Of a stretch of DNA of 64,000 nucleotides, positions 52,701 to 63,595 are shown piece by piece. Both the position numbers and the translations under genes were made by a program. Numbering within the stretch: the first letter of the stretch is position 1; each line of letters opens with the position of its first letter. Source of the DNA: Antedon mediterranea (lineage: Eukaryota; Animalia; Echinodermata); NCBI RefSeq assembly GCF_964355755.1, contig NC_092678.1, forward strand, positions 24,693,365-24,757,364. The letters run 5' to 3'. The notes under the pieces are model-generated. The model made no database searches and had not been told where the DNA came from. It saw only the letters and a program-made list of their open reading frames with translations.

Positions 52701-55700
52701 TGGCATAATATAACTGATACACTAGAACTCTCTTAACACTGGACATCCATGAGCTGGCATAATATAACTGATACACTAGAACTCTCTTAACACTGGACAT
52801 CCATGAGCTGGCATAATATAACTGTTACACTAGAACTCTCTTAACACTGGACATCCATGAGCTGGCCTAATACGTCTAGTTTTCCAGAAATTCTGGTATT
52901 CTGAATGTGTGTTTCTAATGGTAAAACGTATTTGGGAACTTTGGACCTCAAGAAAAGTCTGGTTTTGAGTTGGGCGAGTCAACTGTATTTACCATACAGT
53001 AAAGTGTCCTAATACAAACAACCCTTGAATAAATATAAATTATTACAGGACTCTATGCGATGTTAATGTTGAATACATACCGAGAGATTAGTTGTATTAA
53101 CCAACAGTTTCTGATAAATCACTTGAGCCTCTTCTAAGTTTTTCCTTCTTTCCTCACTAAGCTCACCCTTAGTCTGAAATCAAGTATAGGTGTAGGTAGG
53201 TGAACTATGCATAGGTCAAAGATCGTTGTATATTCAAAGCTCCCTCTTAGTGCAGTTTGTGATGACTTCTTACCTGTAATATTTTTCTATTCTGCTTTTC
53301 CCTATTCTGTAAATCCTTATGTTGTCTAACTAGGTGCTTAGCTAGTATAGTATAGTGGTCTTTTAACAAATTACGATATAAAGATTGCACCTGACTTGAA
53401 AACACTTCACTCGTTGGTAATTTTAAACCAAACTTCTCCACTAACATTCTGCAATTGGAAAAGAATACAAAATTATACTAACTTATTTGTTACAAAACTG
53501 AGAAGTGACTGTAGTTGATTGGCTGAAATTATGCATGCAAAATGTACATGAGAATCAAAGTACAGTAATACATATCTCATATATTCAAACACATTTTCAT
53601 GGACATGATGATGTCATACTACTACTATATTTGGCACATCCCATTTTTTTATCACATAAATTTGCAACTATAGACAGAGCTTTAGCTTATAATATTACCT
53701 ATACTAGATTTGAGTATATGTTGTAAATGTTTACACATATAAGTTGACATAGATTTAGACTGTGGAATTACAGTGTTATTTAAATAAAGCTTAATAAACA
53801 TGATAATATTACTCTATAGAGTTGTGTCAAACCTGTTTTTCCTTGGTACTAATCCAGCATAGTCCTCACCACAGTGTTTTACAAAGCTGATGATGATTGA
53901 GATATGCGCATGATTTTCACGATCTGATTTCAAGATTGATGAAAGTAAAATGTTTAGGACCGGTAAGCCTTCCTTGTCTGTGAATATTCCATGCACAATT
54001 AACTAAAATAAAGAAGACAAAGTTAAGAAATGTGCAATTTACCTTATTTGGGATGATTATGGTTTAATAATGTAGTGTACTGAACTGAAATGCTTTATTT
54101 CTTCACTATCATAATAAATTAACAATAGAAATTCATCTTAAAGATTGGAAAATATTATTACGATAAAAACATATAAGTATATAATATAAAACAAAAATTC
54201 ATATACAGAGTACACACGCAATGTTGCACAAAAAGCGGTAGGGAGGTTTCAAGTTGTAATATAGTGGATTTAAGACATTAACAATTTTGGAGAGAATTAA
54301 AAAGACTTAATTGTTATTACCTCAGACAGTAGACGAATCTCAACTCGTACTTTGCTGTCAAAAATAACCTAAAAAATATAAGAATATGTTTATTTACCAA
54401 AAAAGATTATTGTAGTAAGCAAGGCATTTTTCATTGTTCGAGACACATTCAGTTAAATTTAATTTATTCCGGATTTTACAATACAAACAAAACAACACAT
54501 ATGCTAGACTCAGGGGACTCCAACAGTGAACTTAACCACTTTTGATGGGACATCCCAGCCAGCAGTGACATTAGGTTTGATTCTCCAACAAATATATTAC
54601 AACATGTTTTACTTTTAGAAAGCGTAACAGTTATAATTAGAGTAGAATTTTTTAACTTGGAAATTAAATAACAATACACATGTTAAAGATTGTTTAATGA
54701 TACGTACCGGCTGGGAATCTTTTTCCTCTTTCTTTGGTGTCTGCGGCAAATTCTTCTGGAAGTTTTGAAGAAGCTGCGGTGCGAAATCTGCAAAGCGTTG
54801 ATGAAGCGTTGACGAGATGCTAATTGCTAACGGAACGTCGGACATCTTAAGTTTAGCTTCATAGATGGCGCTTGCGACCTCGCCAATGTACTTGGTCAAA
54901 TTTAATCCTTTCAGTTCATTCACTAAAGAATCACGATTCTGATCTCCCATCATTTTCTATCAAATATAATTGTTTAATATTTTAAAGTGAAGTGGAACGT
55001 ACTTAAGAATTTTGCTTTAGTTCTTCTTCTTTTCCTATCTTTATATCTGAAGTTGTACTAAACTAAACCAATATGAAGTAAGAACTAAGATCCCAATGAC
55101 AGGAACTAAGCATTTAATACAGATGTAAGGGTACACAATGAGAATGTATTCTTATTATATACTGCCATGGACGATTGTAAAAAAATAGATCTTACAAGCT
55201 TTTTAATAAAAGCAGTGTTCTTCTTGAGACTTGAGTCCAATTTATGGAACACATCTTCATCCGGTCGACCACCTGGAAAATAAATCAGTATTTCAAGAAT
55301 TCAGTAAGAGTTAAATATAGTATACATAGATAATGATAATAATTTTTAGCTTCAATGAAAACATGATACAGTATGTATTTTGTCAGGATTGATCACTGCC
55401 AGCTAACAGAGTAGTAAATGTACCAACAATCAAAGCTTACTGCAGTAATCAGTTGACACCTACCTGCTGCCTTTAAGTTTTCTTCTCTCATTTTCATTTT
55501 ATTTCTAATCCTCTCTTTTACTTCGGTTTCAATTTCTTTAGCTTGTTTCTAACATGAGAAAACCAAACATATTGTTGACTGTATAAGACCTAATTATAAA
55601 GTTTTCCATCTAATAATGTAAACACATATTATGCAACATAAACTGCTTCTCCCTCCTAAGAACTTACCTGTTCTTCTTCTTCTCTTATTCTGGCATCTTC

Positions 55701-56992
55701 TTCTTCTTTCTTTTTTGCATCTACAGCTGCTTCCTTTTCCTACAAAAATAATCAAATTAGACTGTAAATTACATCAAATACACTTGTGCATAATTTTATC
55801 TATATTTATTTATTCAAATTCTAATCAGAAATTTAAGAAACCAACTCAACAAACTGAAATTAATTTAAAATTGGATGCTACAACTTACTTTAATTTCTTC
55901 TATTGGTGGAGGTTTGGTTTGGCTGGCAATCTTGTCAATTGGTTCATTCTTGTCCTTGTTTCCTTCTTTTCTTCCTACCACCTTAGTATCTGATTTGTTA
56001 GATGTTTTCTTTGTTTGTTTAATATCACTTTTCTTTTTCTCATTCTCCTCTTTCGTAGCAACATCTCGTTTTCTGTTATCACTTCTTCTGTTTTCTTTAC
56101 TGAATACTTCGGTCTTCTTTCCGGTATCTTTTGCGAGATCTCTTGAAGGACTTTTATCCTTTCTTCCAAAATGTTTAGTCTTATATTCTGGCTTGCTAGC
56201 TAAGCCGGCTTTATCGGCATCTTCCTTAGCTCGTCCTTTATCGGCATCTTCCTTAGCTCGTCCTTTATCGGCATCTTCCTTAGCTCGTCCTTTATCGTCA
56301 TCATTACGAGTGCCGCGACTCCCCCGTGCAGGCCTCTCAGATCTTTGAGCTGAATAGCTTTTAGGGCTTTTTCCCTTGGTGTCTTTACCGAGTGAAGCTT
56401 TGATTTCACTAACAGGTTGAGTAACTGGTAAATTCCTAGGAACTATGACTGTTTTCACTGGTTCTATAACTGTGGTCTGGTTCTGCCGAAACTTAGCATT
56501 GTTGTTTGCGTTCAGTGTATCTGGTGAATTGGAAGGTACTGGTGAGGGTTCATCACTAAATTCTGATGGGCTGATAGGTGTTGCACTCTTTAGTGGAATA
56601 TACACTTCTGCACCACCCGCTTCACACAAGCCAGAAGATACATTGTCATCTATTGTTTTCTCGTCTGCTGTTACAGCCTCATGTTGTTCTCCTACATCAT
56701 TGGTACTTTTAATGTCTTTGTCAATGACATCATTTACAACATTTTTTGGAGTACTGTTTGCGCTACATTCTACGTCAGAATCTTTGACATGAGTCAGAAT
56801 TGTTGGGTCTTTTGTCATCACAGTTTTATCTTCATTTTTACTTCCATCATCTACAAGCTCTGTCATGTTTTCGGTCATCTGCACTTCTTCTTCATTTTCT
56901 TTTTGATCTAGACCTCTACAAGGTTTTTCACTTTCGTGCTCAACAACTAGGCCCAAGTCATCTTCAACCTTTTCTTTTTCATTCTTATCCAT
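34569..56992 (-). CDS. UPF2: Regulator of nonsense transcripts 2 (UPF2), spliced, 32 coding exons
   Basis: Motifs LDSSLKKNTAFIKKL, LNLTKYIGEVASAI, LWEDEETRTFHENLTDLR, LHTCVNREFID, DFRHHNIDMTCALLEVCGRFLYR, FRIRLVCTLLDTCGQFFDRGS, RKGNKQQFK and C-terminal YHPKGAPDSD. GT-AG exons: 56992-55889, 55739-55668, 55548-55464, 55272-55196, 54956-54708, 54368-54321, 54002-53833, 53448-53274, 53173-53081, 50915-50876, 50729-50575, 50470-50395, 50044-49949, 49829-49714, 49520-49435, 49324-49216, 48947-48890, 48774-48719, 48628-48512, 48399-48298, 48094-47969, 47799-47638, 47361-47223, 46806-46670, 46417-46231, 45915-45829, 45736-45612, 45513-45451, 45139-45044, 44691-44452, 44118-44040, 34702-34569. Confidence 0.96.
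39598..39750. mobile_element. Copy of the same MITE family
   Basis: CTGTCTACTCTATCAAACT...TTTGATAGTGTAGACAG. Partial copies also lie at about 438-535, 35422-35482, 38221-38301, 49633-49684 and 53598-53681. Confidence 0.8.
40168..42956. repeat. 30-bp minisatellite array (about 90 units, with 39-bp variants at the 5' end)
   Basis: Unit ACAATGATTGCTATGCTRGTACAGTACTGT, located in the last UPF2 intron. Confidence 0.98.
42957..43435. repeat. Degenerate tandem of SINE-head-like units of about 60-80 bp
   Basis: Recurring GGATTTGAAC (reverse-complement B-box)...AGGCCAGCAYGTTAACT..TAATA...CCAAGGAC. Confidence 0.65.
44868..45021. mobile_element. Copy of the same MITE family
   Basis: GCTGTCAACACTATCAAACT...AGTTTGATAGTGTAGACAGAGCT. 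Confidence 0.8.
46027..46204. repeat. 45-bp perfect tandem repeat, 4 copies
   Basis: Unit GTAGCCGCTGAACGTCGTCGTTTTTGGATACTTAGTCTCAGACAC. Confidence 0.95.
50105..50363. mobile_element. Harbinger-like MITE with an internal 21-bp tandem expansion
   Basis: TIR AGC(TC)TGTCTACACTATCAAACT with TTA on both sides. The internal unit GATATGCCCAACTATGGTAGT occurs about 7-8 times. Confidence 0.85.
50955..52870. repeat. 50-bp minisatellite (about 38 units)
   Basis: Unit TGGACATCCATGRGCTGGCATAATATAACTGATACACTAGAACTCTCCAC, located in a UPF2 intron. Confidence 0.98.
55889..56992 (-). CDS. UPF2: UPF2 first coding exon (368 codons, low complexity)
   Basis: Long ORF ending in AAA|GTAAGT, in phase 0 with the next Glu/Lys-rich exon. 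The acceptor is at 57068-57069. Confidence 0.8.
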
Positions 56993-57482
56993 GTTTCAGT
57001 ACATTTTTCCTTTTTCATTCATTAAAAATCTTTCACTTTACACAGTTCTTTCTCTTTTTTTGTCATTCTGTAATTCAAAAATTGTCAAGAAAACTTTAAC
57101 AAAATAATGATTTATAAACCCCTGGTGGGCCAAAAAGGAAGATCTATGATGTAGGCCAAGACCACTCCGACCTACAGGCCTAGACTGTAGAGTTCTTCCT
57201 GTCCGGCCCTAGGCCTAGCTAGAGAGGGCTATACCCCTGTCTATTGGTGGAGGGAGAGAGGCCAGCAACAGGCTACTCCTCCTTTTACTTGTTGTTGTAA
57301 CCGTCCTAGACTGAGGCTAGCTAGGTAGGCCTACTATTATAGCTAGGAAATATAGGCCTACTAACTAGGGCCTACTAGGACTTAGGTTGGAGAGGGCCAG
57401 CCTGGTACATGTAAATATTAACATGCTCTAGGCCCAGGCCTAGCCATAGTAGGAAATGTAACTCTTATTTATGCTTTCTTAC

Positions 57483-57570
57483 CAGAAACAACTTAAAATC
57501 AGTTATTTATAATTTATAAATAAATATTATTGTTAAACTTTTCATTCGTCACTCCACCACAAAACATCAC
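57483..57570 (-). other. UPF2: Putative non-coding first exon of UPF2
   Basis: CTG|GTAAGA donor at 57482, with a matching TACAG acceptor at 57068 upstream of the start codon. The 5' boundary is a guess. Confidence 0.5.
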
Positions 57571-58090
57571 TTATCACAGAGGGCGGTATTCAATATTGGA
57601 ATATTAAACCGAATACTGTTAGTATTTTGACAGTTTTTAACATTAAACATTTATAAAACGTACAATTGAATATCACAATAAAATCAAATTAAATGTTAGC
57701 ATGTACCTGATAACATTTTATATCATAAATACCTACCGGGCGATACTGGACGTAAATTAATATGATCCTAACCTGTTCACGCGTCAGTAGTCACAATATA
57801 AATAAAAAAGAGCGCCATTAACGTCAATATTTTGACAGCTAAGTTCCGACAAAAATTCATTTTTGGAAGATGTCCTGCATTTTATTTTTAATAAAATTAG
57901 TACAAAAACTCATAAACTTATTAATAACCAAAAGAACCCTTTTTTAAAACAAAAACAAACAAGAAAATGATAACACGTATTGCGCCTGCGCAACTTCGAC
58001 AAAAATCGGATCGGATACTAACGAGTGGATCCGAAGTCTCTTTCTGACTATTGACCAATCAGATCACGGGATTTTTCTGATTTTCAATCG
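57570..58090. promoter_or_regulatory. Putative bidirectional promoter
   Basis: GGGCGG at 57581, NRF1-like TGCGCCTGCGCA at 57981-57992 and CCAATCAG near 58055, lying between two outward-facing splice donors (57482 minus, 58159 plus). Confidence 0.55.
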
Positions 58091-59423
58091 TCTGCGCTGA
58101 TTTCGTTTCTTCTTTCTCTGCTGCTTGACTTTTTTCCACCATCAAAAAGATAATAAAAGTAAGTATATAAGCCTAATAATTTGAGAAGGCGCATACTACA
58201 CATAGTATATATATAATATACATCTTTAAGAGTCCTGAAACATTGTTGTGACATAAGTAGACTTCAGTTTAATTAAAATAAAACAGGTGCTTTGCTAGGC
58301 CTATCTAGGCCCTTGCATTTTCGATACCAGCAGTGTGATGTGATGTAGGCCTAGTCCTACTACGCCCATCATCGATATGGGTGTCATATTATTTTCAAAT
58401 GAGGGTGCCGAGTACAAGTTTGTATAAAAATCATTTAAATAATGAATGCGACCAAACATATTACATTTTCCTATAGTGCTAATGATATATTTATTTACTG
58501 GTAAATTATGAATTCTGGAATTCATTTATCTTTTTTTTCTTCTAGATACTGGACAGTCACGTGACACTTTCTGCGTGGTAAATACGAAATGGCGTTGGTG
58601 AGATTAATTTCTATTTTAAAATCCATTAAAATCGGACATTTTTAATTTGAAATTTATAAATTAATCATAGTTTTATATAAAAATAACAGTTAATTATAAT
58701 TTTCTATTAATCATATATAAAAGAAAGCGATTATTTCTGTGAAAATTCGGTGCTATTTTTAGCCTAAGGCTAACAGAATTCCTTATATTTTAGAAGTTAC
58801 CGAATCGATTTTTTAAGTGGTTTTTAATTTGTACTTAATTGGTTCCGTATATTTTCTTAGGATTAATCCATTATAAAAAGTAGGGGTGCTGGCACTACTT
58901 TACTATCATCACACCTAACTTCGCGGTCACTCAACATCACCACCGCTCAGTCAGCAGGTAGATGTTAATTGGACTACCTAGAGGCTTAGTACTAGTAGGT
59001 AGCCTATGTTAGTTAGGCTACCTACTACTACTAGGCCTAGTACTAGTAAGTAGCCTAACTAACATTCACCCGCCATGTACATGCATGCAAGTTTAAAATA
59101 AATTTCTTAAATATTTATAGTACACATTTTATATTTATTATAGGCCTAGCCTCAACATAAAAATTTGAAAAAAAAATTGACATTTATAAATTACTAATTA
59201 ATATTAATAATAGTAACTAGGCCTAGCTAGAACTTAAGAAAGGCACTCCGAGAGTGCATACCTCCGCCTACTACTAGTGTAAGTAAGGAGTAATAAGTAG
59301 TTTAAGATTTATCTTGAATTGAAAATAAATTTTATTTTTGTGTTAATGCTCTGTATGATTAGGCAAATTTCACTACACCCTTGTGAATGTGACTTTGGTG
59401 TAATGGAGCATATGTCCAGCCTT

Positions 59424-60103
59424 ATGCACTTGTCAATTGTATGACGCACTATACGACCCCCGGGTGAGGTGCGTCATTTGTCCGATGTGAGTCATACCTT
59501 TGTATACCATGACGCACCCCTGCGTCAAAAAAGTGACTTACCTTTACTAGACAATGACGCACCTATTTTTAAATTAGCGACGGACCTTTTAGTGAATTAT
59601 GACGCACCACGACTGTCTTTTTGACGTACCTTCACTGACGATTGTTGACCCCGACTACTGCAGTGCATGCGGTGTGATATCAAAAATCTCAAACTAATAC
59701 GCGTGTCTGGTGCTATGGAGGCGCACCAGGGTTGTCGATCGATGTTAATCAGGCCGGCTAGGAACGTTCTCGTGCGATCACAATCACACAAAGATTGGAA
59801 CGGCTATTTTTATAATACAAATATTATGTCATTTTCCAGTTTGGCCGATAGAGGGCGCGAGTGATGACGCTCTCAAGCGTGACAATGTACAACCTGGCCG
59901 CCCCTCCGCAATCGTCAAGGCCTTGTTTTCAGGCTTTTTGGGTGGAGCGGGTCGGTGGTAAAGTGACGGACATTGACGCACCATTGAACATTGAGGAGAC
60001 GCACCATTTGGGTTCTTTGACGCACCCCTGTGTCATTAATTATTTGTACATGACGCACCACTCCCGGGGGTCGTATAGTGCGTCATACAATTGACAAGTG
60101 CAT
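59424..60103. mobile_element. MITE with long TIRs (about 55 bp) and repeated TGACGCAC motifs
   Basis: ATGCACTTGTCAATTGTATGACGCACTATACGACCCCCGGG with its perfect reverse complement at the right end. Confidence 0.88.
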
Positions 60104-60293
60104 TACACAGTAGAGGTCCCTGGTTCAATCCCTGCTGAGGAATTTGTTTTCATCATCCTTATTATTTTTTTATTAATTTAAAAAATAAATTTTACTATTA
60201 ATAATAAAAAATTAAAATACAATATATTGTTAGTTTATTAATAAACATTAAAATGATTTAAACTTTTTTTTTTTAAACATTTCGATGATGTCA

Positions 60294-60610
60294 TCAAGCA
60301 ATGCTTGATTTTTCCCTAATATTGTGAAATCTCCACATGAGTTCATCCAGATATTCACTGAGCCACCATTCTCTTTTTACTCCCCTCATTGCCTTTAGCT
60401 TGGCCATCACTTTGTTCCAAAATAAGACTGGACATTTTAAATAGGGGTGGGTCCTGTCGTCTCCTGGATTTAACAAATGACAGGAATGGTTAATGGTTCG
60501 ATGATCCGCAATCCTGGAAAATCCCCATCACTCTTATATATACAGCCCATTTGTCAGAATAGATAGTGCTAGACCAACCAGAGTGTGGTCTTTGATGGCC
60601 ACAGGTGTCG
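60294..60610 (-). pseudogene. Decayed Merlin/ISXO2 (IS1595-like) transposase fragment
   Basis: Frameshifted motifs STIYSDKWAVY, NH, WNKVMAKLKAMRGV and LSEYLDELMWR. Confidence 0.75.
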
Positions 60611-60702
60611 CTGCAGAGCGGTCTGGTACATAGGTATCCACATGCTGGCCTTGTACTAATGGCTACCCGCCCACTTCTCTTACTGCGGTGCTTGACCATG
60701 TC

Positions 60703-62252
60703 CAGGGCTCGATTTAGTGCTAGCCCGGCGTACAATGGCTAGTAAAAACAGCTCCGGGCTACCTAAAGTATCTTCCTTTAAGCCCGGATGGCTAGTAGGT
60801 TGTGGGAACTCGAAATTGGGACGAAATGACCTCATGAAAATAACTCCAGCATAAAAGACATGTCTTGGCAACATCAGCAAAAAAAACCACTCGCGCGCTG
60901 CTGTGGCCATAACAAGTGATGATGTAGGCGGAGCCTCTCATAATCAAGCAAATTTCCCGAATTATGATTGGCCATTTATGTTTTTGTCATCCAGGTTATT
61001 GTGAAGTAGGCGGAGCTTCATTATCAGGTCAAATATGTCACAAAAATATGACCATAAATAACGAACTGTGATTGGCCAAATGTAGTAGAATTTTGTCAAT
61101 GTTAAAAATAACTTGTCTAGTCTTGTCAGCAGGCCTGGTTGTCACAGATCAAAGCTAGGGATATTTTGTAGGGCCGGGTGGCTGGCTCTATCCCTGTAGG
61201 AGGCCATATTTTATAATATGCGTAGGCCTAGATAGAATCAAAAGCCATCGTTTGGCATCGCCATCTAGGCCTAGCTAGATACTGCGATCTAGGGTAGGTA
61301 GGTCTATCCTAGCTACCCTACTATAATAATAGGCTCTAGGCTAGGCCTAGCCTAGCTGGTAGACAGAATCTAATTAGTTTTCTTGGCTAGCCCAGGTGAA
61401 AATTCCAGTTGAGACCAGTTGGAAATTCCGATTGGTACAACTGGTATTCAACTGGTCCAACTGATACCAATTGGTTCAACTGGTTTTCTGAACTGGTCAG
61501 CTATTTTTTCCAACTGGTTTTCAATTGGTCCAACTGGTTGGTTTTTCCAACTGGTTTTCTCAACTGGTCAGCTGGTTTTCCAACTGGTTTTCAATTGGTC
61601 CAACTGGTTTGTTATTCCAATTGGTTTTTCCAACTGTTTTTTTTCCATAACGTCAACTGGTTTTCCCAACTGGTCTCCCCAACTGGTTTTTTCCCCATCA
61701 GGTCAACTGGTTTTTCAAGCACAAACTCAGTATAGGCTGGTTGTTTTCTTAACTGGTCCAAAACAGATTTTGCAACCAGGTAAATTGGTATTTCCCAACT
61801 GGCTTTTATAATCAATTCTGTGCAGGGAAAGGGAGGGTAGTGGGAGAGGGAAAGGGAGGGTAGGGGGAGAGGGAAAGGAAGGGTAGAGGTTGAAGCCCAA
61901 CAACAAAAAGACCTCAAAAAATCGATTCTGTGAATATGGTGAGCATGAAATAGACTATGCGTCGCGACGCAAAGTTAATTTTTATGTGAACAATAAAGAA
62001 ATACAATTTTGTGTAATTTTTCATGCAATAATAGTTTAATACAGTATGTATGTACGTAAATGTGTAGCAATTCTCGAGCGTTTAGATTAGTGCGCCCTCT
62101 ATTGTACAAAATGCCTGAATTCATTTATATGGCGGCCCTGCTATCACGGTGCGATAATAAGAGTGGGCTAGTAAAATAATGTATGGGCTAGTGAAATTTA
62201 CAGTGAACTAGCCCAGTGGGCTAGCAACATGAAAAAGATAAATCGAGCCCTG
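60703..62252. mobile_element. Non-autonomous hAT-like element with a 6-bp TSD
   Basis: TIR CAGGGCTCGATTTA/TAAATCGAGCCCTG, subterminal GGCTAG/CTAGCCC motifs at both ends, and CATGTC on both flanks. Confidence 0.8.
61405..61803. repeat. CAACTGG/CAATTGG-rich degenerate repeat block
   Basis: More than 20 short units such as TTTTCCAACTGG. Confidence 0.8.
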
Positions 62253-63160
62253 CATGTCCATTCTATTTTTTTTTTAAACATAATGATATTAGTAACATTA
62301 CAATTAGATACATGTTCCGATTTCTATTGTCTCTATATCTTGCAGGAACTATGTCGACATTCAACCTCAGTTTTTGACCTAGATATTTTCGAATCACCGT
62401 TTATAGAAAAAAAAAATTGCAGAAACTTAAAATCAATGGTAAGTTGAATTTTATAAAATATAGTTTACAATTTGTTTTTTTTTTCTTAAAAATGTTGTTC
62501 CACAGCAATTTAGCAAGTTGTTTTAATCAACATGATTAATTGCAAACCCTCCAATACTAGTGCAAAGGCCATTAAAACTGCCAACATTTTCAGTGGCAAA
62601 TATAGCACCCTCTATTTAATAATCAGCGAATCATGTTCCTGTGCTACCGACCATAACATAGGCGTAGAATAACTTGTGTTATTAATATATATATATATAG
62701 TAACTTATATAATAACATAGGTCTATGTTATTGTTTCTTTTAAAATTTGGTTAATTTTTTTCTGAACATATGTATGGATGCATAAGAAATAACCATGTAT
62801 GAGCAACGAGGCCTAAACTACATGCCCTCATGTTTCGGAATTGCCAGATGTAGAATTTCTACAATATTTATTTTTTTATAAAATTTAATTCTTTGTGAAT
62901 AATATTGCTGCATTGCAGATTCACAACATTTTAAAGTAATTTGGGAAACATAATTTAGAATTATTTTCCTCTATATTTTTGCAGAAACCAGCTAAGGAAT
63001 AGATGAAAATACAACTAAGTTAGCTGTTGCAGCTACACATGAAGGTAATGTATGGTTCAATGGTTTTCAGTGCAAAATACAATCGTCATAGCATCATTGC
63101 TTAGAATATTGCCAGGGTGTTACAAGGGTTGTTAAAAAATATTTCAATTTATTGCACTAT

Positions 63161-63595
63161 AGGACAACTACCCCCTTAGGATAACTACCCCCGGTCAACT
63201 ACCCCCGGACAACCACCCCCTCCCTTAGGACCCCAATCCAAAAGTAGACAAATATATAGGACCGGTTTCTGTAAAAATGAAATCATCTGTTTTTAACGGG
63301 TGTTTCGAAACTAGAGACCCGAGACCAGAGACCTGACACGAGACCCAATACGAAAAGGGAGACCTTTATTTGGGTCTCCCTTTTCGTATATTAGTTGTCC
63401 GCAGGGTAATTACCCCAGGGGGGGGGGGGGGGGTAATTGTTCCTAGGGGGTAATTGTCCAGGGGGTAGTTGTCCTAAGGGGGTTGTTGTCCTAAGGGGGT
63501 AGTTGTCCAGGTGGTGGTTGTCCGGGGGGTAGTTTTCCGGGGGATAAATGTCCAGGGGGTAAATATCCGGATACGGGCAAATATCCGGATACGGT
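63161..63595. repeat. Inverted GGACAACTACCCCC repeat arms (foldback/MITE-like) with an inner hairpin
   Basis: C-rich units at 63161-63230 and complementary G-rich units at 63392-63570. The hairpin ATACGAAAAGGGAGACC/GGTCTCCCTTTTCGTAT lies at 63348-63389. Confidence 0.7.

Larger units (their letters stand above)
58090..63044 (+). other. Putative divergent spliced transcript of unknown product
   Basis: Candidate exons ..58158, 58546-58597 (ATG at 58589 in AAATGGCG), 62346-62438 and 62985-63044, each with a polypyrimidine-AG acceptor and/or GTRAG or GTAA donor. Confidence 0.45.

Noticed and set aside
40168-52870. CRISPR-like appearance of the 30-, 45- and 50-bp arrays
   Set aside because: There are no unique spacers and no cas genes, and the context is eukaryotic introns.
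54500-54590. GC-richer intronic patch as a possible snoRNA or poison exon
   Set aside because: No canonical C/D or H/ACA boxes or convincing splice sites were visible.
55631-57099. Plus-strand hydrophobic ORFs of 76-157 aa
   Set aside because: They are antisense shadows of Lys/Glu-rich UPF2 exons.
61409-61917. ORFs of 101-130 aa
   Set aside because: They are translations of the low-complexity CAACTGG repeat block.
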